DNA of 64,000 nucleotides from the NCBI GenBank assembly GCA_964016885.1, contig OZ024740.1:429350001-429414000 (forward strand), given 5' to 3'. The translations under genes and the position numbers were made by a program. Positions within the stretch are counted from its first letter, which is position 1; every line of letters begins with the position of its first letter. The DNA is from Eledone cirrhosa. Lineage: Eukaryota. The notes below the pieces were generated by a model. The model was not told where the DNA came from, searched no databases, and saw only the letters and a program-made list of their open reading frames with translations. This document shows positions 15,001-30,000 of the stretch, in pieces.

Positions 15001-18000
15001 CTAATATGTCAGTCATTGATTTAACTGTTAGTTCTAACTTCCTAACACTAATATGTCAGTCATTGATTCAACTGTTAGATGTAACTACCTAACACTAATA
15101 TGTCAGCCATTGATTTAACTGTTAGGTGTAACTTCCTAACACTAATATGTCAGCCATTGATTTAACTGTTAGTTGTAACTTCCTAACACTAATATGTCAG
15201 TCATTGATTTAACTGTTAGTTCTAACTTCCTAACACTAATATGTCAGTCATTGATTTAACTGTTAGTTGTAACTTCCTAACACTAATATGTCAGTCATTG
15301 ATTTAACTGTTAGTTGTAACTTCCTAACACTAATATGTCAGTCATTGATTTAACTGTTAGTTCTAACTTCCTAACACTAATATGTCAGTCATTGATTTAA
15401 CTGTTAGTTGTAACTTCCTAACACTAATATGTCAGTCATTGATTTAACTGTTAGTTCCAACTTCCTAACACTAATATGTCAGTCATTGATTTAACTGTTA
15501 GTTGTAACTTCCTAACACTAATATGTCAGTCATTGATTTAACTGTTAGTTCTAACTTCCAACACTAATATGTCAGTCATTGATGTAACTGTTAGTTCTAA
15601 CTTCCTAACACTAATATGTCAGTCATTGATTTAACTGTTAGTTGTAACTTCCTAACACTAATATGTCAGTCATTGATTTAACTGTTAGTTGTAACTTCCT
15701 AACACTAATATGTCAGTCATTGATTTAACTGTTAGTTGTAACTTCCTAACACTAATATGTCAGACATTGATTTAACTTTTAGTTGTAACTTCCTAACACT
15801 AATATGTCAGTCATTGATTTAACTGTTAGTTCTAACTTCCTAACACTAATATGTCAGTCATTGATTTAACTGTTAGTTCTAACTTCCTAACACTAATATG
15901 TCAGTCATTGTTTTAACTGTTAGTTCTAACTTCCTAACACTAATATGTCAGCCATTGATTTAACTGTTAGTTCTAACTTCCTAACACTAATATGTCAGTC
16001 ATTGATTTAACTGTTAGATCTAACTTCCTAACACTAATATGTCAGTCATTGATTTAACTGTTAGTTCTAACTTCCTAACACTAATATGTCAGCCATTGAT
16101 TTAACTGTTAGTTGTAACTTCCTAACACTAATATGTCAGACATTGATTTAACTGTTAGATGTAACTTACTAACACTAATATGTCAGCCTTTGATTTAACT
16201 GTTATTTCCAACTTCCTAACATTAATATGTCAGTCATTGATTTAACTGTTACTTCTAACTTCCTAACACTAATATGTCAGCCTTTGATTTAACTGTTAGT
16301 TCCAACTTCCTAACACTAATATGTCAGTCATTGATTTAACTGTTACTTCTAACTTCCTAACACTAATATGTCAGTCATTGATGTAACTGTTAGTTGTAAC
16401 TTCCTAACACTAATATGTCAGTCATTGATTTAACTGTTAGTTGTAACTTCCTAACACTAATATGTCAGTCATTGATTTAACTGTTAATCGTAACTTCTAA
16501 CACTAATATGTCAGTCATTGATTTAACTGTTAGTTGTAACTTCCTAACACTAATATGTCAGTCATTGATTTAACTGTTAGTTGTAACTTCCTAACACTAA
16601 TATGTCAGTCATTGATTTAACTGTTAGTTGTAACTTCCTAACACTAATATGTCAGTCATTGATTTAACTGTTAGTTCTAACTTCCTAACACTAATATGTC
16701 AGTCATTGATTTAACTGTTAGTTGTAACTTCCTAACACTAATATGTCAGTCATTGATTTAACTGTTAGTTCCAACTTCCTAACACTAATATGTCAGTCAT
16801 TGATTTAACTGTTAGTTGTAACTTCCTAACACTATTATGTCAGTCATTGATTTAACTGTTAGTTCTAACTTCCTAACACTAATATGTCAGTCATTGATTT
16901 AACTGTTAGTTCTAACTTCCTAACACTAATATGTCAGTCATTGATTTAACTGTTAGTTGTAACATCCTAACACTAATATGTCAGTCATTGATTTAACTGT
17001 TAGTTCCAACTTCCTAACACTAATATGTCAGTCATTGATTTAACTGTGTGTTGTAACTTCCTAACGCTAATATGTCAGTCATTGATTTAACTGTTAGTTC
17101 TAACTTCTTCACACTAATATGTCAGTCATTGATTTAACTGTTAGTTCTAACTTCCTAACACTAATATGTCAGTCATTGATTTAACTGTTAGTTCTAACTT
17201 CCTAACACTAATATGTCAGCCATTGATTTAACTGTTAGTTCTAACTTCCTAACACTAATATGTCAGTCATTGATTTAACTGTTAGTTCTAACTTCGAACA
17301 CTAATATGTCAGTCATTGATTTAACTGTTAGTTCTAACTTCCTAACACTAATATGTCAGCCATTGATTTAACTGTTAGTTCTAACTTCCTAACACTAATA
17401 TGTCAGCCATTGATTTAACTGTTAGTTGTAACTTCCTAACACTAATATGTCAGCCATTGATTTAACTGTTAGTTGTAACTTCCTAACACTAATATGTCAG
17501 ACATTGATTTAACTGTTAGTTGTAACTTCCCAACACTAATATGTCAGTCATTGATTTAACTTTTGTAACTTCCTAAAAAATAATATGTCAGTCATTGATT
17601 TAACTGTTAGTTGTAACTTCCTAACACTAATATGTCAGTCATTGATTTAACTGTTGTAACTTCCTAACACTAATATGTCAGTCATTGATTTAACTGTTAG
17701 TTCTAACTTCCTAACACTAATATGTCAGCCATTGATTTAACTGTTAGTTCTAACTTCTTAACACTAATATGTCAGTCATTGATTTAACTGTTAGTTGTAA
17801 CTTCCTAACACTAATATGTCAGTCATTGAATTAACTGTTAGTTGTAACTTCCTAACACTAATATGTCACTCATTGATTTAACTGTTAGTTGTAACTTCCT
17901 AACACTAGTATGTCAGTCATTGATTTAACTGTTAGTTGTAACTTCCTAACACTAATATGTCAGTCATTGATTTAACTGTTAGTTGTAACTTCCTAACACT

Positions 18001-21000
18001 ATTATGTCAGTCATTGATTTAACTGTTAGTTCTAACTTCCTAACACTAATATGTCAGTCATTGATTTAACTGTTAGTTCTAACTTCCTAACACTAATATG
18101 TCAGTCATTGATTTAACTGTTAGTTGTAACATCCTAACACTAATATGTCAGTCATTGATTTAACTGTTAGTTCCAACTTCCTAACACTAATATGTCAGTC
18201 ATTGATTTAACTGTGTGTTGTAACTTCCTAACGCTAATATGTCAGTCATTGATTTAACTGTTAGTTCTAACTTCTTCACACTAATATGTCAGTCATTGAT
18301 TTAACTGTTAGTTCTAACTTCCTAACACTAATATGTCAGTCATTGATTTAACTGTTAGTTCTAACTTCCTAACACTAATATGTCAGCCATTGATTTAACT
18401 GTTAGTTCTAACTTCCTAACACTAATATGTCAGTCATTGATTTAACTGTTAGTTCTAACTTCGAACACTAATATGTCAGTCATTGATTTAACTGTTAGTT
18501 CTAACTTCCTAACACTAATATGTCAGCCATTGATTTAACTGTTAGTTCTAACTTCCTAACACTAATATGTCAGCCATTGATTTAACTGTTAGTTGTAACT
18601 TCCTAACACTAATATGTCAGCCATTGATTTAACTGTTAGTTGTAACTTCCTAACACTAATATGTCAGACATTGATTTAACTGTTAGTTGTAACTTCCCAA
18701 CACTAATATGTCAGTCATTGATTTAACTTTTGTAACTTCCTAAAAAATAATATGTCAGTCATTGATTTAACTGTTAGTTGTAACTTCCTAACACTAATAT
18801 GTCAGTCATTGATTTAACTGTTGTAACTTCCTAACACTAATATGTCAGTCATTGATTTAACTGTTAGTTCTAACTTCCTAACACTAATATGTCAGCCATT
18901 GATTTAACTGTTAGTTCTAACTTCTTAACACTAATATGTCAGTCATTGATTTAACTGTTAGTTGTAACTTCCTAACACTAATATGTCAGTCATTGATTTA
19001 ACTGTTAGTTGTAACTTCCTAACACTAATATGTCACTCATTGATTTAACTGTTAGTTGTAACTTCCTAACACTAGTATGTCAGTCATTGATTTAACTGTT
19101 AGTTGTAACTTCCTAACACTAATATGTCAGTCATTGATTTAACTGTTAGTTGTAACTTCCTAACACTAATATGTCAGTCATTGATTTAACTGTTAGTTCT
19201 AACTTCCTAACACTAATATGTCAGTCATTGATTCAACTGTTAGATGTAACTACCTAACACTAATATGTCAGCCATTGATTTAACTGTTAGGTGTAACTTC
19301 CTAACACTAATATGTCAGCCATTGATTTAACTGTTAGTTGTAACTTCCTAACACTAATATGTCAGTCATTGATTTAACTGTTAGTTCTAACTTCCTAACA
19401 CTAATATGTCAGTCATTGATTTAACTGTTAGTTGTAACTTCCTAACACTAATATGTCAGTCATTCATTTAACTGTTAGTTGTAACTTCCTAACACTAATA
19501 TGTCAGTCATTGATTTAACTGTTAGTTCTAACTTCCTAACACTAATATGTCAGTCATTGATTTAACTGTTAGTTGTAACTTCCTAACACTAATATGTCAG
19601 TCATTGATTTAACTGTTAGTTCCAACTTCCTAACACTAATATGTCAGTCATTGATTTAACTGTTAGTTGTAACTTCCTAACACTAATATGTCAGTCATTG
19701 ATTTAACTGTTAGTTCTAACTTCCAACACTAATATGTCAGTCATTGATGTAACTGTTAGTTCTAACTTCCTAACACTAATATGTCAGTCATTGATTTAAC
19801 TGTTAGTTGTAACTTCCTAACACTAATATGTCAGTCATTGATTTAACTGTTAGTTGTAACTTCCTAACACTAATATGTCAGTCATTGATTTAACTGTTAG
19901 TTGTAACTTCCTAACACTAATATGTCAGACATTGATTTAACTTTTAGTTGTAACTTCCTAACACTAATATGTCAGTCATTGATTTAACTGTTAGTTCTAA
20001 CTTCCTAACACTAATATGTCAGTCATTGATTTAACTGTTAGTTCTAACTTCCTAACACTAATATGTCAGTCATTGTTTTAACTGTTAGTTCTAACTTCCT
20101 AACACTAATATGTCAGCCATTGATTTAACTGTTAGTTCTAACTTCCTAACACTAATATGTCAGTCATTGATTTAACTGTTAGATCTAACTTCCTAACACT
20201 AATATGTCAGTCATTGATTTAACTGTTAGTTCTAACTTCCTAACACTAATATGTCAGCCATTGATTTAACTGTTAGTTGTAACTTCCTAACACTAATATG
20301 TCAGACATTGATTTAACTGTTAGATGTAACTTACTAACACTAATATGTCAGCCTTTGATTTAACTGTTAGTTCCAACTTCCTAACATTAATATGTCAGTC
20401 ATTGATTTAACTGTTACTTCTAACTTCCTAACACTAATATGTCAGCCTTTGATTTAACTGTTAGTTCCAACTTCCTAACACTAATATGTCAGTCATTGAT
20501 TTAACTGTTACTTCTAACTTCCTAACACTAATATGTCAGTCATTGATTTAACTGTGTGTTGTAACTTCCTAACACTAATATGTCAGTCATTGATTTAACT
20601 GTTAGTTGTAATTCCTAACACTAATATGTCAGTCATTGATTTAACTGTTAGTTCTAACTTCCTAACACTAATATGTCAGCCATTGATTCAACTGTTAGTT
20701 GTAACTTCCTAACACTAATATGTCAGCCATTGATTTAACTGTTAGTTGTAACTTCCCAACACTAATATGTCAGTCATTGATTTAACTTTTGTAACTTCCT
20801 AACACTAATATGTCAGTCATTGATTTAACTGTTAGTTCTACCTTCCTAACACTAATATGTCAGTCATTGATTTAACTGTTAGTTGTAACTTCCTAACACT
20901 AATATGTCAGTCATTGATTTAACTGTTAGTTGTAACTTCCTAACACTAATATGTCAGTCATTGATTTAACTGTTGTAACTTCCTAACACTAATATGTCAG

Positions 21001-24000
21001 TCATTGATTTAACTGTTAGTTCTAACTTCCTAACACTAATATGTCAGCCATTGATTTAACTGTTAGTTCTAACTTCCTAACACTAATATGTCAGTCATTG
21101 ATGTAACTGTTAGTTGTAACTTCCTAACACTAATATGTCAGTCATTGATTTAACTGTTAGTTGTAACTTCCTAACACTAATATGTCAGTCATTGATTTAA
21201 CTGTTAATCGTAACTTCTAACACTAATATGTCAGTCATTGATTTAACTGTTAGTTGTAACTTCCTAACACTAATATGTCAGTCATTGATTTAACTGTTAG
21301 TTGTAACTTCCTAACACTAATATGTCAGTCATTGATTTAACTGTTAGTTGTAACTTCCTAACACTAATATGTCACTCATTGATTTAACTGTTAGTTGTAA
21401 CTTCCTAACACTAGTATGTCAGTCATTGATTTAACTGTTAGTTGTAACTTCCTAACACTAATATGTCAGTCATTGATTTAACTGTTAGTTCTAACTTCCT
21501 AACACTAATATGTCAGCCATTGATTTAACTGTTAGTTCTAACTTCTTAACACTAATATGTCAGTCATTGATTTAACTGTTAGTTGTAACTTCCTAACACT
21601 AATATGTCAGTCATTGATTTAACTGTTAGTTGTAACTTCCTAACACTAGTATGTCAGTCATTGATTTAACTGTTAGTTGTAACTTCCTAACACTAATATG
21701 TCAGTCATTGATTTAACTGTTAGTTGTAACTTCCTAACACTAATATGTCAGTCATTGATTTAACTGTTAGTTCTAACTTCCTAACACTAATATGTCAGTC
21801 ATTGATTCAACTGTTAGATGTAACTACCTAACACTAATATGTCAGCCATTGATTTAACTGTTAGGTGTAACTTCCTAACACTAATATGTCAGCCATTGAT
21901 TTAACTGTTAGTTGTAACTTCCTAACACTAATATGTCAGTCATTGATTTAACTGTTAGTTCTAACTTCCTAACACTAATATGTCAGTCATTGATTTAACT
22001 GTTAGTTGTAACTTCCTAACACTAATATGTCAGTCATTGATTTAACTGTTAGTTGTAACTTCCTAACACTAATATGTCAGTCATTGATTTAACTGTTAGT
22101 TCTAACTTCCTAACACTAATATGTCAGTCATTGATTTAACTGTTAGTTGTAACTTCCTAACACTAATATGTCAGTCATTGATTTAACTGTTAGTTCCAAC
22201 TTCCTAACACTAATATGTCAGTCATTGATTTAACTGTTAGTTGTAACTTCCTAACACAAATATGTCAGTCATTGATTTAACTGTTAGTTCTAACTTCCAA
22301 CACTAATATGTCAGTCATTGATGTAACTGTTAGTTCTAACTTCCTAACACTAATATGTCAGTCATTGATTTAACTGTTAGTTGTAACTTCCTAACACTAA
22401 TATGTCAGTCATTGATTTAACTGTTAGTTGTAACTTCCTAACACTAATATGTCAGACATTGATTTAACTTTTAGTTGTAACTTCCTAACACTAATATGTC
22501 AGTCATTGATTTAACTGTTAGTTCTAACTTCCTAACACTAATATGTCAGTCATTGATTTAACTGTTAGTTCTAACTTCCTAACACTAATATGTCAGTCAT
22601 TGTTTTAACTGTTAGTTCTAACTTCCTAACACTAATATGTCAGCCATTGATTTAACTGTTAGTTCTAACTTCCTAACACTAATATGTCAGTCATTGATTT
22701 AACTGTTAGATCTAACTTCCTAACACTAATATGTCAGTCATTGATTTAACTGTTAGTTCTAACTTCCTAACACTAATATGTCAGCCATTGATTTAACTGT
22801 TAGTTGTAACTTCCTAACACTAATATGTCAGACATTGATTTAACTGTTAGATGTAACTTACTAACACTAATATGTCAGCCTTTGATTTAACTGTTATTTC
22901 CAACTTCCTAACATTAATATGTCAGTCATTGATTTAACTGTTACTTCTAACTTCCTAACACTAATATGTCAGCCTTTGATTTAACTGTTAGTTCCAACTT
23001 CCTAACACTAATATGTCAGTCATTGATTTAACTGTTACTTCTAACTTCCTATCACTAATATGTCAGTCATTGATGTAACTGTTAGTTGTAACTTCCTAAC
23101 ACTAATATGTCAGTCATTGATTTAACTGTTAGTTGTAACTTCCTAACACTAATATGTCAGTCATTGATTTAACTGTTAATCGTAACTTCTAACACTAATA
23201 TGTCAGTCATTGATTTAACTGTTAGTTGTAACTTCCTAACACTAATATGTCAGTCATTGATTTAACTGTTAGTTGTAACTTCCTAACACTAATATGTCAG
23301 TCATTGATTTAACTGTTAGTTGTAACTTCCTAACACTAATATGTCAGTCATTGATTTAACTGTTAGTTCTAACTTCCTAACACTAATATGTCAGTCATTG
23401 ATTTAACTGTTAGTTGTAACTTCCTAACACTAATATGTCAGTCATTGATTTAACTGTTAGTTCCAACTTCCTAACACTAATATGTCAGTCATTGATTTAA
23501 CTGTTAGTTGTAACTTCCTAACACTATTATGTCAGTCATTGATTTAACTGTTAGTTCTAACTTCCTAACACTAATATGTCAGTCATTGATTTAACTGTTA
23601 GTTCTAACTTCCTAACACTAATATGTCAGTCATTGATTTAACTGTTAGTTGTAACATCCTAACACTAATATGTCAGTCATTGATTTAACTGTTAGTTCCA
23701 ACTTCCTAACACTAATATGTCAGTCATTGATTTAACTGTGTGTTGTTACTTCCTAACGCTAATATGTCAGTCATTGATTTAACTGTTAGTTCTAACTTCT
23801 TCACACTAATATGTCAGTCATTGATTTAACTGTTAGTTCTAACTTCCTAACACTAATATGTCAGTCATTGATTTAACTGTTAGTTCTAACTTCCTAACAC
23901 TAATATGTCAGCCATTGATTTAACTGTTAGTTCTAACTTCCTAACACTAATATGTCAGTCATTGATTTAACTGTTAGTTCTAACTTCGAACACTAATATG

Positions 24001-27000
24001 TCAGTCATTGATTTAACTGTTAGTTCTAACTTCCTAACACTAATATGTCAGCCATTGATTTAACTGTTAGTTCTAACTTCCTAACACTAATATGTCAGCC
24101 ATTGATTTAACTGTTAGTTGTAACTTCCTAACACTAATATGTCAGCCATTGATTTAACTGTTAGTTGTAACTTCCTAACACTAATATGTCAGACATTGAT
24201 TTAACTGTTAGTTGTAACTTCCCAACACTAATATGTCAGTCATTGATTTAACTTTTGTAACTTCCTAAAAAATAATATGTCAGTCATTGATTTAACTGTT
24301 AGTTGTAACTTCCTAACACTAATATGTCAGTCATTGATTTAACTGTTGTAACTTCCTAACACTAATATGTCAGTCATTGATTTAACTGTTAGTTCTAACT
24401 TCCTAACACTAATATGTCAGCCATTGATTTAACTGTTAGTTCTAACTTCTTAACACTAATATGTCAGTCATTGATTTAACTGTTAGTTGTAACTTCCTAA
24501 CACTAATATGTCAGTCATTGAATTAACTGTTAGTTGTAACTTCCTAACACTAATATGTCACTCATTGATTTAACTGTTAGTTGTAACTTCCTAACACTAG
24601 TATGTCAGTCATTGATTTAACTGTTAGTTGTAACTTCCTAACACTAATATGTCAGTCATTGATTTAACTGTTAGTTGTAACTTCCTAACACTAATATGTC
24701 AGTCATTGATTTAACTGTTAGTTCTAACTTCCTAACACTAATATGTCAGTCATTGATTCAACTGTTAGATGTAACTACCTAACACTAATATGTCAGCCAT
24801 TGATTTAACTGTTAGGTGTAACTTCCTAACACTAATATGTCAGCCATTGATTTAACTGTTAGTTGTAACTTCCTAACACTAATATGTCAGTCATTGATTT
24901 AACTGTTAGTTCTAACTTCCTAACACTAATATGTCAGTCATTGATTTAACTGTTAGTTGTAACTTCCTAACACTAATATGTCAGTCATTGATTTAACTGT
25001 TAGTTGTAACTTCCTAACACTAATATGTCAGTCATTGATTTAACTGTTAGTTCTAACTTCCTAACACTAATATGTCAGTCATTGATTTAACTGTTAGTTG
25101 TAACTTCCTAACACTAATATGTCAGTCATTGATTTAACTGTTAGTTCCAACTTCCTAACACTAATATGTCAGTCATTGATTTAACTGTTAGTTGTAACTT
25201 CCTAACACTAATATGTCAGTCATTGATTTAACTGTTAGTTCTAACTCCAACACTAATATGTCAGTCATTGATGTAACTGTTAGTTCTAACTTCCTAACAC
25301 TAATATGTCAGTCATTGATTTAACTGTTAGTTGTAACTTCCTAACACTAATATGTCAGTCATTGATTTAACTGTTAGTTGTAACTTCCTAACACTAATAT
25401 GTCAGTCATTGATTTAACTGTTAGTTGTAACTTCCTAACACTAATATGTCAGACATTGATTTAACTTTTAGTTGTAACTTCCTAACACTAATATGTCAGT
25501 CATTGATTTAACTGTTAGTTCTAACTTCCTAACACTAATATGTCAGTCATTGATTTAACTGTTAGTTCTAACTTCCTAACACTAATATGTCAGTCATTGT
25601 TTTAACTGTTAGTTCTAACTTCCTAACACTAATATGTCAGCCATTGATTTAACTGTTAGTTCTAACTTCCTAACACTAATATGTCAGTCATTGATTTAAC
25701 TGTTAGATCTAACTTCCTAACACTAATATGTCAGTCATTGATTTAACTGTTAGTTCTAACTTCCTAACACTAATATGTCAGCCATTGATTTAACTGTTAT
25801 TTGTAACCTCCTAACACTAATATGTCAGACATTGATTTAACTGTTAGATGTAACTTACTAACACTAATATGTCAGCCTTTGATTTAACTGTTAGTTCCAA
25901 CTTCCTAACATTAATATGTCAGTCATTGATTTAACTGTTACTTCTAACTTCCTAACACTAATATGTCAGCCTTTGATTTAACTGTTAGTTCCAACTTCCT
26001 AACACTAATATGTCAGTCATTGATTTAACTGTTACTTCTAACTTCCTAACACTAATATGTCAGTCATTGATTTAACTGTGTGTTGTAACTTCCTAACACT
26101 AATATGTCAGTCATTGATTTAACTGTTAGTTGTAACTTCCTAACACTAATATGTCAGTCATTGATTTAACTGTTAGTTCTAACTTCCTAACACTAATATG
26201 TCAGCCATTGATTCAACTGTTAGTTGTAACTTCCTAACACTAATATGTCAGCCATTGATTTAACTGTTAGTTGTAACTTCCCAACACTAATATGTCAGTC
26301 ATTGATTTAACTTTTGTAACTTCCTAACACTAATATGTCAGTCATTGATTTAACTGTTAGTTGTAACTTCCTAACACTAATATGTCAGTCATTGATTTAA
26401 CTGTTAGTTCTACCTTCCTAACACTAATATGTCAGTCATTGATTTAACTGTTAGTTGTAACTTCCTAACACTAATATGTCAGTCATTGATTTAACTGTTA
26501 GTTGTAACTTCCTAACACTAATATGTCAGTCATTGATTTAACTGTTGTAACTTCCTAACACTAATATGTCAGTCATTGATTTAACTGTTAGTTCTAACTT
26601 CCTAACACTAATATGTCAGCCATTGATTTAACTGTTAGTTCTAACTTCCTAACACTAATATGTCAGTCATTGATGTAACTGTTAGTTGTAACTTCCTAAC
26701 ACTAATATGTCAGTCATTGATTTAACTGTTAGTTGTAACTTCCTAACACTAATATGTCAGTCATTGATTTAACTGTTAATCGTAACTTCTAACACTAATA
26801 TGTCAGTCATTGATTTAACTGTTAGTTGTAACTTCCTAACACTAATATGTCAGTCATTGATTTAACTGTTAGTTGTAACTTCCTAACACTAATATGTCAG
26901 TCATTGATTTAACTGTTAGTTGTAACTTCCTAACACTAATATGTCACTCATTGATTTAACTGTTAGTTGTAACTTCCTAACACTAGTATGTCAGTCATTG

Positions 27001-30000
27001 ATTTAACTGTTAGTTGTAACTTCCTAACACTAATATGTCAGTCATTGATTTAACTGTTAGTTCTAACTTCCTAACACTAATATGTCAGCCATTGATTTAA
27101 CTGTTAGTTCTAACTTCTTAACACTAATATGTCAGTCATTGATTTAACTGTTAGTTGTAACTTCCTAACACTAATATGTCAGTCATTGATTTAACTGTTA
27201 GTTGTAACTTCCTAACACTAGTATGTCAGTCATTGATTTAACTGTTAGTTGTAACTTCCTAACACTAATATGTCAGTCATTGATTTAACTGTTAGTTGTA
27301 ACTTCCTAACACTAATATGTCAGTCATTGATTTAACTGTTAGTTCTAACTTCCTAACACTAATATGTCAGTCATTGATTCAACTGTTAGATGTAACTACC
27401 TAACACTAATATGTCAGCCATTGATTTAACTGTTAGGTGTAACTTCCTAACACTAATATGTCAGCCATTGATTTAACTGTTAGTTGTAACTTCCTAACAC
27501 TAATATGTCAGTCATTGATTTAACTGTTAGTTCTAACTTCCTAACACTAATATGTCAGTCATTGATTTAACTGTTAGTTGTAACTTCCTAACACTAATAT
27601 GTCAGTCATTGATTTAACTGTTAGTTGTAACTTCCTAACACTAATATGTCAGTCATTGATTTAACTGTTAGTTCTAACTTCCTAACACTAATATGTCAGT
27701 CATTGATTTAACTGTTAGTTGTAACTTCCTAACACTAATATGTCAGTCATTGATTTAACTGTTAGTTCCAACTTCCTAACACTAATATGTCAGTCATTGA
27801 TTTAACTGTTAGTTGTAACTTCCTAACACTAATATGTCAGTCATTGATTTAACTGTTAGTTCTAACTTCCAACACTAATATGTCAGTCATTGATGTAACT
27901 GTTAGTTCTAACTTCCTAACACTAATATGTCAGTCATTGATTTAACTGTTAGTTGTAACTTCCTAACACTAATATGTCAGTCATTGATTTAACTGTTAGT
28001 TGTAACTTCCTAACACTAATATGTCAGTCATTGATTTAACTGTTAGTTGTAACTTCCTAACACTAATATGTCAGACATTGATTTAACTTTTAGTTGTAAC
28101 TTCCTAACACTAATATGTCAGTCATTGATTTAACTGTTAGTTCTAACTTCCTAACACTAATATGTCAGTCATTGATTTAACTGTTAGTTCTAACTTCCTA
28201 ACACTAATATGTCAGTCATTGTTTTAACTGTTAGTTCTAACTTCCTAACACTAATATGTCAGCCATTGATTTAACTGTTAGTTCTAACTTCCTAACACTA
28301 ATATGTCAGTCATTGATTTAACTGTTAGATCTAACTTCCTAACACTAATATGTCAGTCATTGATTTAACTGTTAGTTCTAACTTCCTAACACTAATATGT
28401 CAGCCATTGATTTAACTGTTAGTTGTAACTTCCTAACACTAATATGTCAGACATTGATTTAACTGTTAGATGTAACTTACTAACACTAATATGTCAGCCT
28501 TTGATTTAACTGTTATTTCCAACTTCCTAACATTAATATGTCAGTCATTGATTTAACTGTTACTTCTAACTTCCTAACACTAATATGTCAGCCTTTGATT
28601 TAACTGTTAGTTCCAACTTCCTAACACTAATATGTCAGTCATTGATTTAACTGTTACTTCTAACTTCCTAACACTAATATGTCAGTCATTGATTTAACTG
28701 TGTGTTGTAACTTCCTAACACTAATATGTCAGTCATTGATTTAACTGTTAGTTGTAACTTCCTAACACTAATATGTCAGTCATTGATTTAACTGTTAGTT
28801 CTAACTTCCTAACACTAATATGTCAGCCATTGATTCAACTGTTAGTTGTAACTTCCTAACACTAATATGTCAGCCATTGATTTAACTGTTAGTTGTAACT
28901 TCCCAACACTAATATGTCAGTCATTGATTTAACTTTTGTAACTTCCTAACACTAATATGTCAGTCATTGATTTAACTGTTAGTTGTAACTTCCTAACACT
29001 AATATGTCAGTCATTGATTTAACTGTTAGTTCTACCTTCCTAACACTAATATGTCAGTCATTGATTTAACTGTTAGTTGTAACTTCCTAACACTAATATG
29101 TCAGTCATTGATTTAACTGTTAGTTGTAACTTCCTAACACTAATATGTCAGTCATTGATTTAACTGTTGTAACTTCCTAACACTAATATGTCAGTTATTG
29201 ATTTAACTGTTAGTTCTAACTTCCTAACACTAATATGTCAGCCATTGATTTAACTGTTAGTTCTAACTTCCTAACACTAATATGTCAGTCATTGATGTAA
29301 CTGTTAGTTGTAACTTCCTAACACTAATATGTCAGTCATTGATTTAACTGTTAGTTGTAACTTCCTAACACTAATATGTCAGTCATTGATTTAACTGTTA
29401 ATCGTAACTTCTAACACTAATATGTCAGTCATTGATTTAACTGTTAGTTGTAACTTCCTAACACTAATATGTCAGTCATTGATTTAACTGTTAGTTGTAA
29501 CTTCCTAACACTAATATGTCAGTCATTGATTTATCTGTTAGATGTAACTTCCTAACATTAATATGTCAGCCATTGATTTAACTGTTAGTTCTAACTTCCT
29601 AACACTAATATGTCAGTCATTGATTTAACTGTTAGTTGTAACTTCCTAACACTAATATGTCAGTCATTGATTTAACTGTTAGTTGTAACTTCCTAACACT
29701 AATATGTTAGTCATTGATTTAACTGTTAGTTGTAACTTCCTAACACTAATATGTCAGTCATTGATTTAACTGTTAGTTGTAACTTCCTAACACTAATATG
29801 TCAGTCATTGATTTAACTGTTAGTTCTAACTTCCCAACACTAATATGTCAGTCATTGATTTAACTGTTAGTTGTAACTTCCTAACACTAATATGTCATTC
29901 ATTGATTTAACTGTTAGTTCCAACTTCCTAACACTAATATGTCAGTCATTGATTTAACTGTTAGTTGTAACTTCCTAACACTAATATGTCAGTCATTGAT

